Below the pieces are notes generated by a model. It saw only the letters and a program-made list of their open reading frames with translations. It ran no database searches and was not told the origin of the DNA. A DNA stretch of 64,000 nucleotides from an uncultured Lentimicrobiaceae bacterium (GTDB taxonomy: Bacteria > Bacteroidota > Bacteroidia > Bacteroidales > 4484-276): contig CAZQIV010000004.1 of the NCBI GenBank assembly GCA_964593705.1, forward strand, positions 27,646 to 91,645. The letters are read 5' to 3'. Positions 17,508 to 26,154 of this stretch are shown piece after piece. Each line of letters begins with the position of its first letter. Positions within the stretch are counted from its first letter, which is position 1. The position numbers and the translations under genes were made by a program.

Positions 17508-18449
17508 ATGAGAGAAGAATTATTTATTAGCGGACGCGACATTCCAAATATCGACCCGTTTTTGCATATCTGGCACTGGCAAATACCGATTTACCTTTTT
17601 CTGGGTGGTCTTGCTGCCGGGATTTTGTTTTTTGCCAGCCTGTTTACAATTATTGGCAAAGAAAAAGAGATGCCGGCAACTGTAAAGTGGGGACCGTTTT
17701 TTGTTCCCGGAGTCCTGGTATTGGGCTTGCTTATGCTCTTTTTAGATCTTAAACACCAAATGTATTTTTGGAGACTTTACACCACCATCCGCATGGATTC
17801 GCCAATGTCGTGGGGAGCGTGGGTACTCATGTTTATTACACCGCTGTCTTTTCTTTGGATTGCGAGTTATATCAAAGAACTTGTTCCTGAATGGAATTGG
17901 AAGTACAAATGGATAGACGAATTTTTAGAATGGTTCAATAGCAGTCGTACACCCATTGCCTGGATTATGATGGCGCTTGCAGTGGTGTTGGGGATTTATA
18001 CAGGCATTTTACTTAGCGCCTTCAATGCACGACCCCTTTGGAATAATGCGATATTGGGGCCTTTGTTTATGGTTTCGGGAATGTCAACAGGTGTTGCAAC
18101 TGTTATGTGGATTTCAAAAAGCCATAGCGAACGTAAAATTCTAGGCCAGATAGACATCCTGCTCATCGTGGTTGAGCTGTTTTTTATTACCCACATGTTA
18201 ATGGGTATGCGTGCCGGATCAGAAGTAATGATTCAGGCTGCCGATTTGTTCCTCGGCGGAGAGTTTACCGTTTCCTTCTGGGTGTTTGTTATAATTCTTG
18301 GACTTTTATTTCCTGCATTGCTTGAAGTGCTTGAGCTTCGTGGGTTTAAAGTTCCGATAGCAATACCAGCTCTGCTTATTTTAATTGGTGGTTTAGTTTT
18401 CAGGTTTGTAATGGTTGAAGCCGGGCAAATAACAAGATATCTCTACTAA
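17508..18449 (+). CDS. NrfD/PsrC-type membrane anchor subunit
   Basis: 313 aa, 8-9 TM segments, typical position after the PsrA/B-like genes. Confidence 0.8.
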   Translation: MREELFISGRDIPNIDPFLHIWHWQIPIYLFLGGLAAGILFFASLFTIIGKEKEMPATVKWGPFFVPGVLVLGLLMLFLDLKHQMYFWRLYTTIRMDSPMSWGAWVLMFITPLSFLWIASYIKELVPEWNWKYKWIDEFLEWFNSSRTPIAWIMMALAVVLGIYTGILLSAFNARPLWNNAILGPLFMVSGMSTGVATVMWISKSHSERKILGQIDILLIVVELFFITHMLMGMRAGSEVMIQAADLFLGGEFTVSFWVFVIILGLLFPALLEVLELRGFKVPIAIPALLILIGGLVFRFVMVEAGQITRYLY

Positions 18450-18468
18450 ATAAATAAAATCTCATATC

Positions 18469-18987
18469 ATGAACGACAAATCGAAAATATACTGGAATCC
18501 TTATTTTGGCGGTGTAATGTTGGGCTTACTCCTACTCGCAACCTTTTACATCACCGGAAGAGGTCTGGGTGCAAGTGGCGCTGCAAAAAGTACTGTAGTA
18601 GCTACTATTAAAAAAGTTGCGCCCGAACACGCTAAAGAATCAACTTATTACAGCAAATTTATATCAGACGATGCGCATCCACTCAACCAATGGCTGGTTT
18701 TTGAAGTTATTGGAATTCTAGCCGGTGCGCTACTTTCGGGTGCGCTTTCAAACAGGCTGAAATTCAAGGTTGAACACTCACCAAAAATTAGCTCCGGCCG
18801 CCGGCTTGCTTATGCTGCTTTTGGTGGCTTAGCATTTGGCATAGGTTCTCAATTTGGACGCGGATGTACTAGTGGCGCTGCCCTAAGCGGGATGGCATCA
18901 TTATCACTTGGTGGTTTTATTGCCATGCTTTCAATTTTTGGAAGCGCTTATATGTTCGCGTATTTTTTCAGAAAAAATTGGATTTAA
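18469..18987 (+). CDS. YeeE/YedE-family sulfur-compound transporter, half-size subunit 1
   Basis: 172-aa membrane protein with GRGLGASGA and GRGCTSGAALSG, the paired glycine-rich/Cys motifs of the Sulf_transp family. Confidence 0.75.
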   Translation: MNDKSKIYWNPYFGGVMLGLLLLATFYITGRGLGASGAAKSTVVATIKKVAPEHAKESTYYSKFISDDAHPLNQWLVFEVIGILAGALLSGALSNRLKFKVEHSPKISSGRRLAYAAFGGLAFGIGSQFGRGCTSGAALSGMASLSLGGFIAMLSIFGSAYMFAYFFRKNWI

Positions 18988-19008
18988 TCACACACAAATT
19001 TAAGTAAC

Positions 19009-19599
19009 ATGGGCCCACTCATTCCATTAGATATTATCGACCCGAGCTGGAATAATGTATTTGCAATTTTAATAGGAATTGCTTTTGGATTTATCCTCGA
19101 ATCATCAGGATTTTCATCAAGCCGCAAATTAGCAGGAGTTTTTTATGGCTATGATTTCACGGTTTTAATTGTGTTCTTTACAGCCGCGATAACTGCTGCA
19201 ATTGGTCTTTACTATTTTTATTATCTTGGATGGATAGACATAAACATAATTTACGTTAACCCAACTTATCTTGGTTCGGCCATTGTTGGCGGAATTATTA
19301 TGGGGCTGGGATTTATTACCGGAGGCTATTGCCCCGGCACAAGCTATTGTGGTGCTGCCATCGGTAAAATAGATGCTATTGTTTATTCCTTTTCCATGAT
19401 GGCCGGCATCTTTATATTTTCAGAATTCTATCCTCTATTCGAAGATTTCTACAATTCAGGTTTCCTCGGAAATATTACTGTATATGATTCACTTGGTATT
19501 TCAGTAAGCTTATTCATGATTATCCTTATTGTAATTGCTTTGGCAGCATTTTATGCCACTTCTTTGATAAAGAAAAAAGTAAAAAAAGTTGAATACTAA
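19009..19599 (+). CDS. YeeE/YedE-family sulfur-compound transporter, half-size subunit 2
   Basis: 196-aa membrane protein with GGYCPGTSYCGAAIG, adjacent to the first half. Confidence 0.75.
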   Translation: MGPLIPLDIIDPSWNNVFAILIGIAFGFILESSGFSSSRKLAGVFYGYDFTVLIVFFTAAITAAIGLYYFYYLGWIDINIIYVNPTYLGSAIVGGIIMGLGFITGGYCPGTSYCGAAIGKIDAIVYSFSMMAGIFIFSEFYPLFEDFYNSGFLGNITVYDSLGISVSLFMIILIVIALAAFYATSLIKKKVKKVEY

Positions 19600-19611
19600 C
19601 TGTTTACAGCT

Positions 19612-20226
19612 ATGAATAAAACCTATATAATACTTGCAGGAATTTTAATCATCTTAGGTCTTGGATTATTCGTACTTGAGGCAAAAGAGCAAAACGAAGA
19701 AATCACTCCCAAAGAATTATTGACCGATCTGATCGAAAACACCAGGTATGTCACTTCCGATGATCTGGCGTGCAGAATTATCGAAGGAGACCCGTCGATA
19801 CAAATGATTGATGTTCGTGATGTGTATGATTTCATGGATTTTTCGCTGCCGGGAGCTGAAAGTATTCCCATTTCTGACCTTGCCACAGACATAACCGGCG
19901 AATTACTTGGAGTTCCTGGAAAAGATTTTATTTTTTATTCAAATGGTGATGTGGAAGCAAATAAAGCATGGCTGATTTCACAGCGATTAGGCTACAATAG
20001 TTTGTACATTTTAAAAGGCGGTTTAAATAAATGGATCGAAACAATTATCAAACCCCAACCACCAGCCGAAAGTCAGCCCCGGGAAGCATTCGACCTTTAC
20101 CAGTTCAGGCTTGGGGCAAGCCAATATTTTACCGGGGATAATGCCACAATTACCACTGATGCTCCTGCACTGGAAATCCAGTTTGAACGGAAGAAAAAGA
20201 AAGGCGCTGTTGAGGGCGGGTGCTAG
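19612..20226 (+). CDS. Membrane-anchored rhodanese-homology-domain protein, catalytic Cys replaced by Ser, C-terminal RKKKKGAVEGGC tail
   Basis: N-terminal TM anchor. RHOD blocks IDVRDVYDF..LPGAESIP and LGYNSLYILKGGLNKW. The active-site loop reads IFYSNGDVEANKA (no Cys). The final residue is Cys. Confidence 0.75.
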   Translation: MNKTYIILAGILIILGLGLFVLEAKEQNEEITPKELLTDLIENTRYVTSDDLACRIIEGDPSIQMIDVRDVYDFMDFSLPGAESIPISDLATDITGELLGVPGKDFIFYSNGDVEANKAWLISQRLGYNSLYILKGGLNKWIETIIKPQPPAESQPREAFDLYQFRLGASQYFTGDNATITTDAPALEIQFERKKKKGAVEGGC

Positions 20227-20249
20227 TCAGCATTGGAATCATTGTATCA

Positions 20250-20442
20250 TAATTAGAGTCCGTTTTTAAAGTAACTTTTAGAAAAATATACGATTTCAGA
20301 TTAACGATTTTAGATTTAAGATGTTAGTGTGTATTAATCAAATCTATAATCTGCTCCAAAGGAGTCCTTCGGACAATTCCCGATTATGCGGTATTAATCT
20401 TAAATTAAAAAATTATCGACACTTTGGACACGCATTAATTAG
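20250..20442. mobile_element. MITE-A family copy (long-cargo subfamily) between the two rhodanese paralogs
   Basis: Imperfect TIRs taattagagtccgtttttaaagt / cgacactttggacacgcattaattag. The first ~50 nt are near-identical to the reverse complement of 43730-43780. Confidence 0.6.
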
Positions 20443-20600
20443 GATCATTTTTGGAGTATTAATGGAAAATTGATAAGTGTAAATAAAAATATGAAATGGG
20501 TAAAAGTAGAGAATGATTATTTTTAGAGAATTAAAAGATACATGGAAATAAATCTCAAAATCATTCACACTACTTTTTGCCATCTAAAATTTAATATGCT

Positions 20601-21239
20601 ATGAAAGAACACAAAACAAAGAGGCTTGTTACAGCAGTTACTGTTTTTTTGGGGGTACTGATTGTAGGTTACATTTTTATGAAAAGCCCCGAATTAGCTT
20701 TTGTGGAAACGCCGCAGCAAACCATCGATTTTTTAATGGATTCGGAATATGAAGTACTACCGGAGGATGTGGCCTACAATGTTGAATTTGGCGAACCTGG
20801 ATTTGTCTATATTGATTTGAGAAACCCTTATGAGTTTGCTAAAGGAAATATTGCAACATCAATCAACATACCACAAACTGATTTGCTTGAAAAAACAACG
20901 CTTAAGTTTTTTAATGAAACAAAAAAAGATTCATTGATGATGATACTGATTAGCTATGACGAAGCCGCGGCAATTGGGCCCTGGCTAATTTTAAAACAAT
21001 TAGGGTACAACAATACAAAACTTATGAAAGGTGGTTGGAGTTATTATGCCAACGAATCGCTGGACCCCTACGATATGCCTGAGGTTCCAAAATATATGGT
21101 TGAAGAGCCTGCTTACAACTTCGCTTCAATTATGGAAATGATGAAATCTTCACCTGCTGCTGCTTCTCAAACAGATGCTCCTGAGATTATTTTGCCTACC
21201 AGAAAGAAAAAGAAGGGAGCAGTAGAAGGGGGATGTTAA
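20601..21239 (+). CDS. Membrane-anchored rhodanese-homology-domain protein paralog, no catalytic Cys, same RKKKKGAVEGGC tail
   Basis: N-terminal TM anchor. IDLRNPYEFAKGNIATSINIP and LGYNNTKLMKGGW. The active-site loop is ILISYDEAAA. The only Cys in the protein is its last residue. Confidence 0.75.
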   Translation: MKEHKTKRLVTAVTVFLGVLIVGYIFMKSPELAFVETPQQTIDFLMDSEYEVLPEDVAYNVEFGEPGFVYIDLRNPYEFAKGNIATSINIPQTDLLEKTTLKFFNETKKDSLMMILISYDEAAAIGPWLILKQLGYNNTKLMKGGWSYYANESLDPYDMPEVPKYMVEEPAYNFASIMEMMKSSPAAASQTDAPEIILPTRKKKKGAVEGGC

Positions 21240-21414
21240 GTATTGATCTTTTCGGGATTACATATTAACCCAGAGATAGTAAAAGAGGTACTACTGCGAA
21301 TTTAGTGGAAAGGTATTATCAAATACACCCTATTTATTCTTTTTCTAATGAAATATTGTTAATAGATTTCTCCTTCCAAAACTTGCTGCGCTACGTTTTT
21401 CCAGTCGAAATGAC

Positions 21415-21600
21415 AAAACCCGGGGTCTCGTATGGGGTGGGTGAAAGTGGGCGCTTTGCGCCCACTTTCACCCACCCCCAAATCCCACCAATACTTTGTT
21501 ACCTCGAAGGAGCTTAGTCCCGCACATGCGGGATTCCGACCCATCGGGGACTGAGACCCGCTTCGCCAGCGAGGCGAGCGAGGCGAGCAAGGCGGGAATC
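21415..21600. repeat. Composite GC-rich hairpin repeat block
   Basis: Contains a perfect 21-bp stem / 3-nt loop hairpin (21434-21478), the tcccgcacatgcggga palindrome and gaggcgagc-type direct repeats. Four track ORFs here only read through these repeats. Confidence 0.7.
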
Positions 21601-21720
21601 TGTTCTTTTATGTACATTGATTTTGCATCCACAAAAATGGTAGTAGAATCTTTTATTTTTTATGATGTATTGCAGGCACTCAACAATTTGTAATTTTGGC
21701 AAATATTATCAAAAGTCTAA

Positions 21721-22560
21721 ATGTCAGAAGTAATATCCAATAAAAAAAAACCGGGAATATTGAATCCTCGCAAGTTGCCACCCAAACGCAACTATCGCGA
21801 TCACCTTTTAAAGTTCCGTAGGGTATTGATTAGGATTGTAGCAATAACAATGCTTTTGGCAGTGCTCGCCTTTATGAACCGTCCTTTCATCTTCGATAAG
21901 ATTTTATTGGCCCCGAAAACCGAAGAGTTTTTCACCAACCGTATGCTATGCCTTATTGGGGAAAGGCTGGAGATTGACAACCTTTGCTTCAACACCGAAG
22001 CGCTTACAATTATCAATGTAAATATGGCAGGCCAGTTCTTAACCCATCTTTACGTTTCGATTGTTGCCGGAGTAATCCTTGCCTTTCCGTACATCCTGTT
22101 TGAGATATGGACTTTTTTGGCCGCCATTCTTAAAATAAAAAACCAACGCACAACAATTGCAACTATTTCTGCCGGTAGTTTTCTTTTTGTTTTAGGGCTC
22201 TTGTTTAGTTACTTCCTCATTGTTCCCCTCACGGTAAATTTCCTGGGTACTTATTTCGTGAGTAGCGAAGTACAAAACACTGTAATGCTTGGCTCCTACA
22301 TCAGCACTATTGCCTCCTTGATTCTGGGAGTTGGAATTTTTTTCGAGCTTCCGGTTTTCGTCTATTTTCTTGCCAGGTATGCCATTGTAAGCCCCGATTG
22401 GCTAAAAAAAATGAGGCGCATCATGATTGTAATTATTCTTATCATTTCTGCCATTATTACTCCGCCTGACATTATTAGTCAAATCATGGTTTGTATCCCA
22501 CTTATTATTCTTTACGAAGTAAGTATTTGGCTTGCAAAACGAGCATACAAGCCGGGATAA
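21721..22560 (+). CDS. tatC: Twin-arginine translocase subunit TatC
   Basis: 279 aa, 6 TM segments, with TatC blocks (LRRVLIRIVA-like start, FEIWTFLAA, ITPPDIISQ). Confidence 0.85.
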   Translation: MSEVISNKKKPGILNPRKLPPKRNYRDHLLKFRRVLIRIVAITMLLAVLAFMNRPFIFDKILLAPKTEEFFTNRMLCLIGERLEIDNLCFNTEALTIINVNMAGQFLTHLYVSIVAGVILAFPYILFEIWTFLAAILKIKNQRTTIATISAGSFLFVLGLLFSYFLIVPLTVNFLGTYFVSSEVQNTVMLGSYISTIASLILGVGIFFELPVFVYFLARYAIVSPDWLKKMRRIMIVIILIISAIITPPDIISQIMVCIPLIILYEVSIWLAKRAYKPG

Positions 22561-22769
22561 TTTATTTGTAAATATTTTTTGAGACCAGTCTAAAAAGGCA
22601 CGAAGCATCATATTTACACAATTATCATCTCAGATTATCAGTATGTTAAAAAATAATATCCGTGCATCAGTGGCTTTTTATTCCGGATTCATTTTATTGG
22701 TTTTAATTTCAATTCATCCACGGGAATTTTAATTTTAAGTAAATATCCAAAACAAAACAAACAATGTGC

Positions 22770-23480
22770 TTACCCGGTTTTACTTATTTTATGTAACTGT
22801 TCAGTGTTTGTTAATGTTATGCTTGAGCCCGAAATTTTAATAAAGCCTTCATTTTGAAACTTTGCAAGGGCACGTGATGTGCTTTCCCGGGTTATCCCAA
22901 GCAGGCTGCCAAACTCATCCCTGGTAACAGGAAACGTAAATGTATTGCTATCAAAAATGTCATTTCCAAAATATAGTAATGCATCAGCTACTTTCCCATA
23001 GGTTTGTTTAGCATTAATGCTAAGAAACCTGCGGTGACTGGAGAGGTTATCTTTGGAAATTAAAACCAGTATTTCGTAAGCAAAATCACCATTACCCCGT
23101 ACCAGATTTTTAAATGTTTCAACATCAATGTAGCAAACCTTTACATCGTTCAAAGCTTTGTACGAATAGTGGTTTATCCTGCCACCAAAAAGTGAGTTCA
23201 GCCCAAGGTATGAAAAGCTTTTTATTATCTGAACCATTTGATCGCGACCATTATCACCCTTTATATATTCTACCACCAGCCCACTGCGCAAATACACAAT
23301 ATGAGAGGTAAAAGAACCCTCAAGTAAAATATGTTCTTTTTTGTGCAGGCTAAGTTCGCGGCAATTTTGTTGAAGTGTGCTTACCTGCTCATTGTTTAAT
23401 AATGCAATTGCGCAAAAGCGATCCAGGCATGATGCACAACTTGAGTATTGCTTGTTTAAAAAACCAAATTCATTGCTCAT
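22770..23480 (-). CDS. FNR-like Crp/Fnr-family transcription regulator with N-terminal Cys cluster
   Basis: C-x2-C-x4-C near the N-terminus plus a fourth Cys 93 residues after the third (same distance as in FNR). HTH RDEFGSLLGITRESTSRAL. The track start at 23498 is TTG; the ATG is at 23480. Confidence 0.75.
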   Translation of the reverse strand: MSNEFGFLNKQYSSCASCLDRFCAIALLNNEQVSTLQQNCRELSLHKKEHILLEGSFTSHIVYLRSGLVVEYIKGDNGRDQMVQIIKSFSYLGLNSLFGGRINHYSYKALNDVKVCYIDVETFKNLVRGNGDFAYEILVLISKDNLSSHRRFLSINAKQTYGKVADALLYFGNDIFDSNTFTFPVTRDEFGSLLGITRESTSRALAKFQNEGFIKISGSSITLTNTEQLHKISKTG

Positions 23481-23647
23481 AAAATTGTTTCTTCTCAACT
23501 TGCAAAGTTAACAAAATTACTCTATGTGATTAATGTCACATATACATAATGAATTAATCACAAAAATAAATTTAGCCTCAGTGCAATCAAATTTTACCTT
23601 TGTGATTGACCATAAAATTTACATAATTATATTTAAAAAATAAACTT

Positions 23648-23887
23648 ATGAAACCATTCGCCTGTAAATGCCTTTTCATTTTACCCATAATCTTATTTGT
23701 TGATTATGTTATTCTGGCACTTTTTGGTGCCACATCCTGCTTTTTCGGTGTGGGTGAAAACGAATATTGTTCGATATATTCATCAGTTGCGATAATGTTC
23801 ACTTCTGCATCGCTGGTTTTTTTTGTAGGAATAATAGCCAGGAAAAACAAAAAAGAAGCTTGCGACTCAGACGAAGTTGCTACTTAA
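23648..23887 (+). CDS. Small Cys-rich membrane protein (2 TM), function unknown
   Basis: 79 aa with two hydrophobic segments and 5 Cys, followed by a strong terminator. No recognisable family. Confidence 0.4.
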   Translation: MKPFACKCLFILPIILFVDYVILALFGATSCFFGVGENEYCSIYSSVAIMFTSASLVFFVGIIARKNKKEACDSDEVAT

Positions 23888-23910
23888 TTTAAGCGAAACA
23901 TTTTATCTCC

Positions 23911-23957
23911 AAATAAAAAACCCGGGTAAGAATTTCTTACTCCGGGTTTATTTTTTA
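23911..23957. terminator. Bidirectional rho-independent terminator
   Basis: Stem cccgggtaagaa / ttcttac(t)ccggg flanked by an A-run and a T-run, between convergent genes. Confidence 0.75.
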
Positions 23958-23971
23958 TCAATACTAAAACT

Positions 23972-25657
23972 CTATCCTATTTTTTTATCTACAATTGCTA
24001 CAATCTCCTTTTCCAGTTCCAGGGCTTTTGTTTCGATTTCGGTGCCTTTTTGAAGCAGATTATTCACAAATTCCTTATCATCCAATCCGGCTCCATTAAT
24101 CCTAACATTCATAAATGCACCACGAACAGCAACACGTGCGCACAAAGCGCCAACACCGGCATCTGAAACAGAGTTTGGATTTCCGGTTTCAGCCATTGCT
24201 TTCATTACCTCCATCGAATCGAAGGCTTTGTGCATCACCTTAAACGGAACTTCCATTGCATACTTCGAGGCATCTTCGATGGCCAGTTTACGCGCGGCTT
24301 TTTCGGCATCCGACCCTTTTGGCAAACCAAAGGCATCCATAATTTTATTGAAAGCATTGGTATCTTCGTCAACGAGGTGTAATAGTTCATCCTTAATTTT
24401 TTGGCCTTTTTCGGCCCAATCCGAGAATTCTTCCCAGCGCTCATCCCAACCACGCTTGTGCGAAGAAAGATTGGCCACCATTGTTCCCAATGAAATCCCC
24501 AGCACACCGGCATAAGCTGCTATCGAGCCACCACCGGGAGCCGGTGATTCTGAAGCAGTTTCATCGGCAAATTCGGTAAGATTCATGTCAACAAGTTTCT
24601 TTTTACCCTCATCGGCAATCATGAATTCAATAATTTTTTCTTCGGGCTTGAAGGGTTTTAAATCATCGAGACCAAGAGACCTAACAGCAATTTTAATCAG
24701 TTCGGATTGTGAAACACCGGCAGATCTATTTTGCTTTTTCAGGAAATATTTACCGGCATCAAGCATGGCGTTCAATGGTATCAATCCAACCAGCTCGGAA
24801 CCTGTAACCCGAATTCCCCGCTCGGCTGCCTTTTTACACGCCTCCTCAAAAGCCACGTGTACCGGAGTAATACTAATATTTGTAAGGTTCAGCGAAATCT
24901 GGGCAATGCCATACTCTTCAATAAACCAACCAATACCTTTTACCGATTTTAAAGTACCCGGAATATTTACTTTATTTCCTTTTTCATCACATACAATTTT
25001 CCCATTAATGGGGTCGCCTTCACGCATTACCCGCCCGCGCTCACGGATATCAAAGGCTATAGCATTTGCTCTTCTTGTGGATGTTGTATTAAGATTAACA
25101 TTATAAGCCACCAAAAAATCGCGTGCACCAACTGCTGTAGCTCCGGATTTAGCATTAAATTTTGCCGACCCAAAATCAGGCTTCCATTCAGGCTTTGCCA
25201 ACTTTACTGGCAGTCCTTCGTATTCTCCTGAGCGGCAGGTAGCCAAATTCCGGCGTTTTTCGGTGAAGGCTGCATTTTCGTAGCAGTACACCGGAATATC
25301 CAATTCTTCGCCAATGCGCTTCGCGAGTTTGCGGGCATACTCCACGGTTTCCTCCATGCTAATATTGGCAACCGGAACCAGCGGGCACACATCGGTAGCC
25401 CCCATGCGGGGATGCTCGCCTTTGTGTTTTGTCATATCGATAATCTGCGATGCCTTTTTAACAGCCCTGAAAGCCGCTTCAATTACTTCATCGGGGGTAC
25501 CAACCATTGTTACCACGGTTCTATTTGTTGCTTTTCCGGGGTCAACATCCAGCAGTTTTACACCTTCTACAGCTACTATTTCATCAGTAATCTGCCTGAT
25601 AATTCCCATATCAAATCCTTCACTGAAATTCGGTACACATTCAATCAATTTTTCCAT
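23972..25657 (-). CDS. ftcD: Glutamate formimidoyltransferase / formimidoyltetrahydrofolate cyclodeaminase (bifunctional FTCD)
   Basis: N-terminus ECVPNFSEG...HPRMGATDVCPLVP (formiminotransferase). C-terminal part SPAPGGGSIAAYAGVLGISLGTMVANLS (cyclodeaminase). Confidence 0.85.
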   Translation of the reverse strand: MEKLIECVPNFSEGFDMGIIRQITDEIVAVEGVKLLDVDPGKATNRTVVTMVGTPDEVIEAAFRAVKKASQIIDMTKHKGEHPRMGATDVCPLVPVANISMEETVEYARKLAKRIGEELDIPVYCYENAAFTEKRRNLATCRSGEYEGLPVKLAKPEWKPDFGSAKFNAKSGATAVGARDFLVAYNVNLNTTSTRRANAIAFDIRERGRVMREGDPINGKIVCDEKGNKVNIPGTLKSVKGIGWFIEEYGIAQISLNLTNISITPVHVAFEEACKKAAERGIRVTGSELVGLIPLNAMLDAGKYFLKKQNRSAGVSQSELIKIAVRSLGLDDLKPFKPEEKIIEFMIADEGKKKLVDMNLTEFADETASESPAPGGGSIAAYAGVLGISLGTMVANLSSHKRGWDERWEEFSDWAEKGQKIKDELLHLVDEDTNAFNKIMDAFGLPKGSDAEKAARKLAIEDASKYAMEVPFKVMHKAFDSMEVMKAMAETGNPNSVSDAGVGALCARVAVRGAFMNVRINGAGLDDKEFVNNLLQKGTEIETKALELEKEIVAIVDKKIG

Positions 25658-25814
25658 ATTCTAAAATGTTTATCTAATAATGCTTATTGTTTTATTATTT
25701 CGCGCAAAAGTAGCTAACGGAGTTGAGATGAAAAAGAGAAGATTTCTCTCGCTGTGATATTTATTTAAAACATTTGTAACTGTATAGCTGTTTTATCAAA
25801 CTCTGAGTAAAATG

Positions 25815-26010
25815 GCTACTACCATAGACCCCCTCTAACTCCTCCGCCAGCTGGCGGAGAGGATTCTTGCGTGCTGGCCGCTGCTGTGGCTAGTGCGGCT
25901 GGTCTCCCTTTCCGCCAGCTGGCGGAGAAGGGGTCGGTGCCGAGACGAAGTCTCGTGCATGCACGAGCAAAGCTCGGCAGGATGGGGTCATGATGATTTG
26001 GGATTCAATA
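25815..26010. repeat. Modular hairpin repeat block (same family, inverted, as 43305..43500)
   Basis: ccgccagctggcgg occurs twice, plus the ctcgtgcatgcacgag palindrome. The 3' end ggggtcatgatgatttgggattcaataatgccacc is the reverse complement of 43310-43345. Confidence 0.65.
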
Positions 26011-26154
26011 ATGCCACCTTAATAATTACAAAGACTTGCTAAAGATCACACCGTTAAATTTTCTAAAATATAAAATCATAATCCTTACTTGTAGGTGCAA
26101 AAATCTATTTTTGGATCAACAATTTAGAAAGGATTTAAATAAGAAAGGCAAATT

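Noticed and set aside
21305-21702. Four overlapping ORFs in the rhodanese-tatC spacer, and similar ORFs at 28000..28182 and 61641..62180.
   Set aside because: Their sequences are translations of GC-rich hairpin or MITE repeats on both strands (for example GESGRFAPTFTHP on both strands). There is no coding signal.
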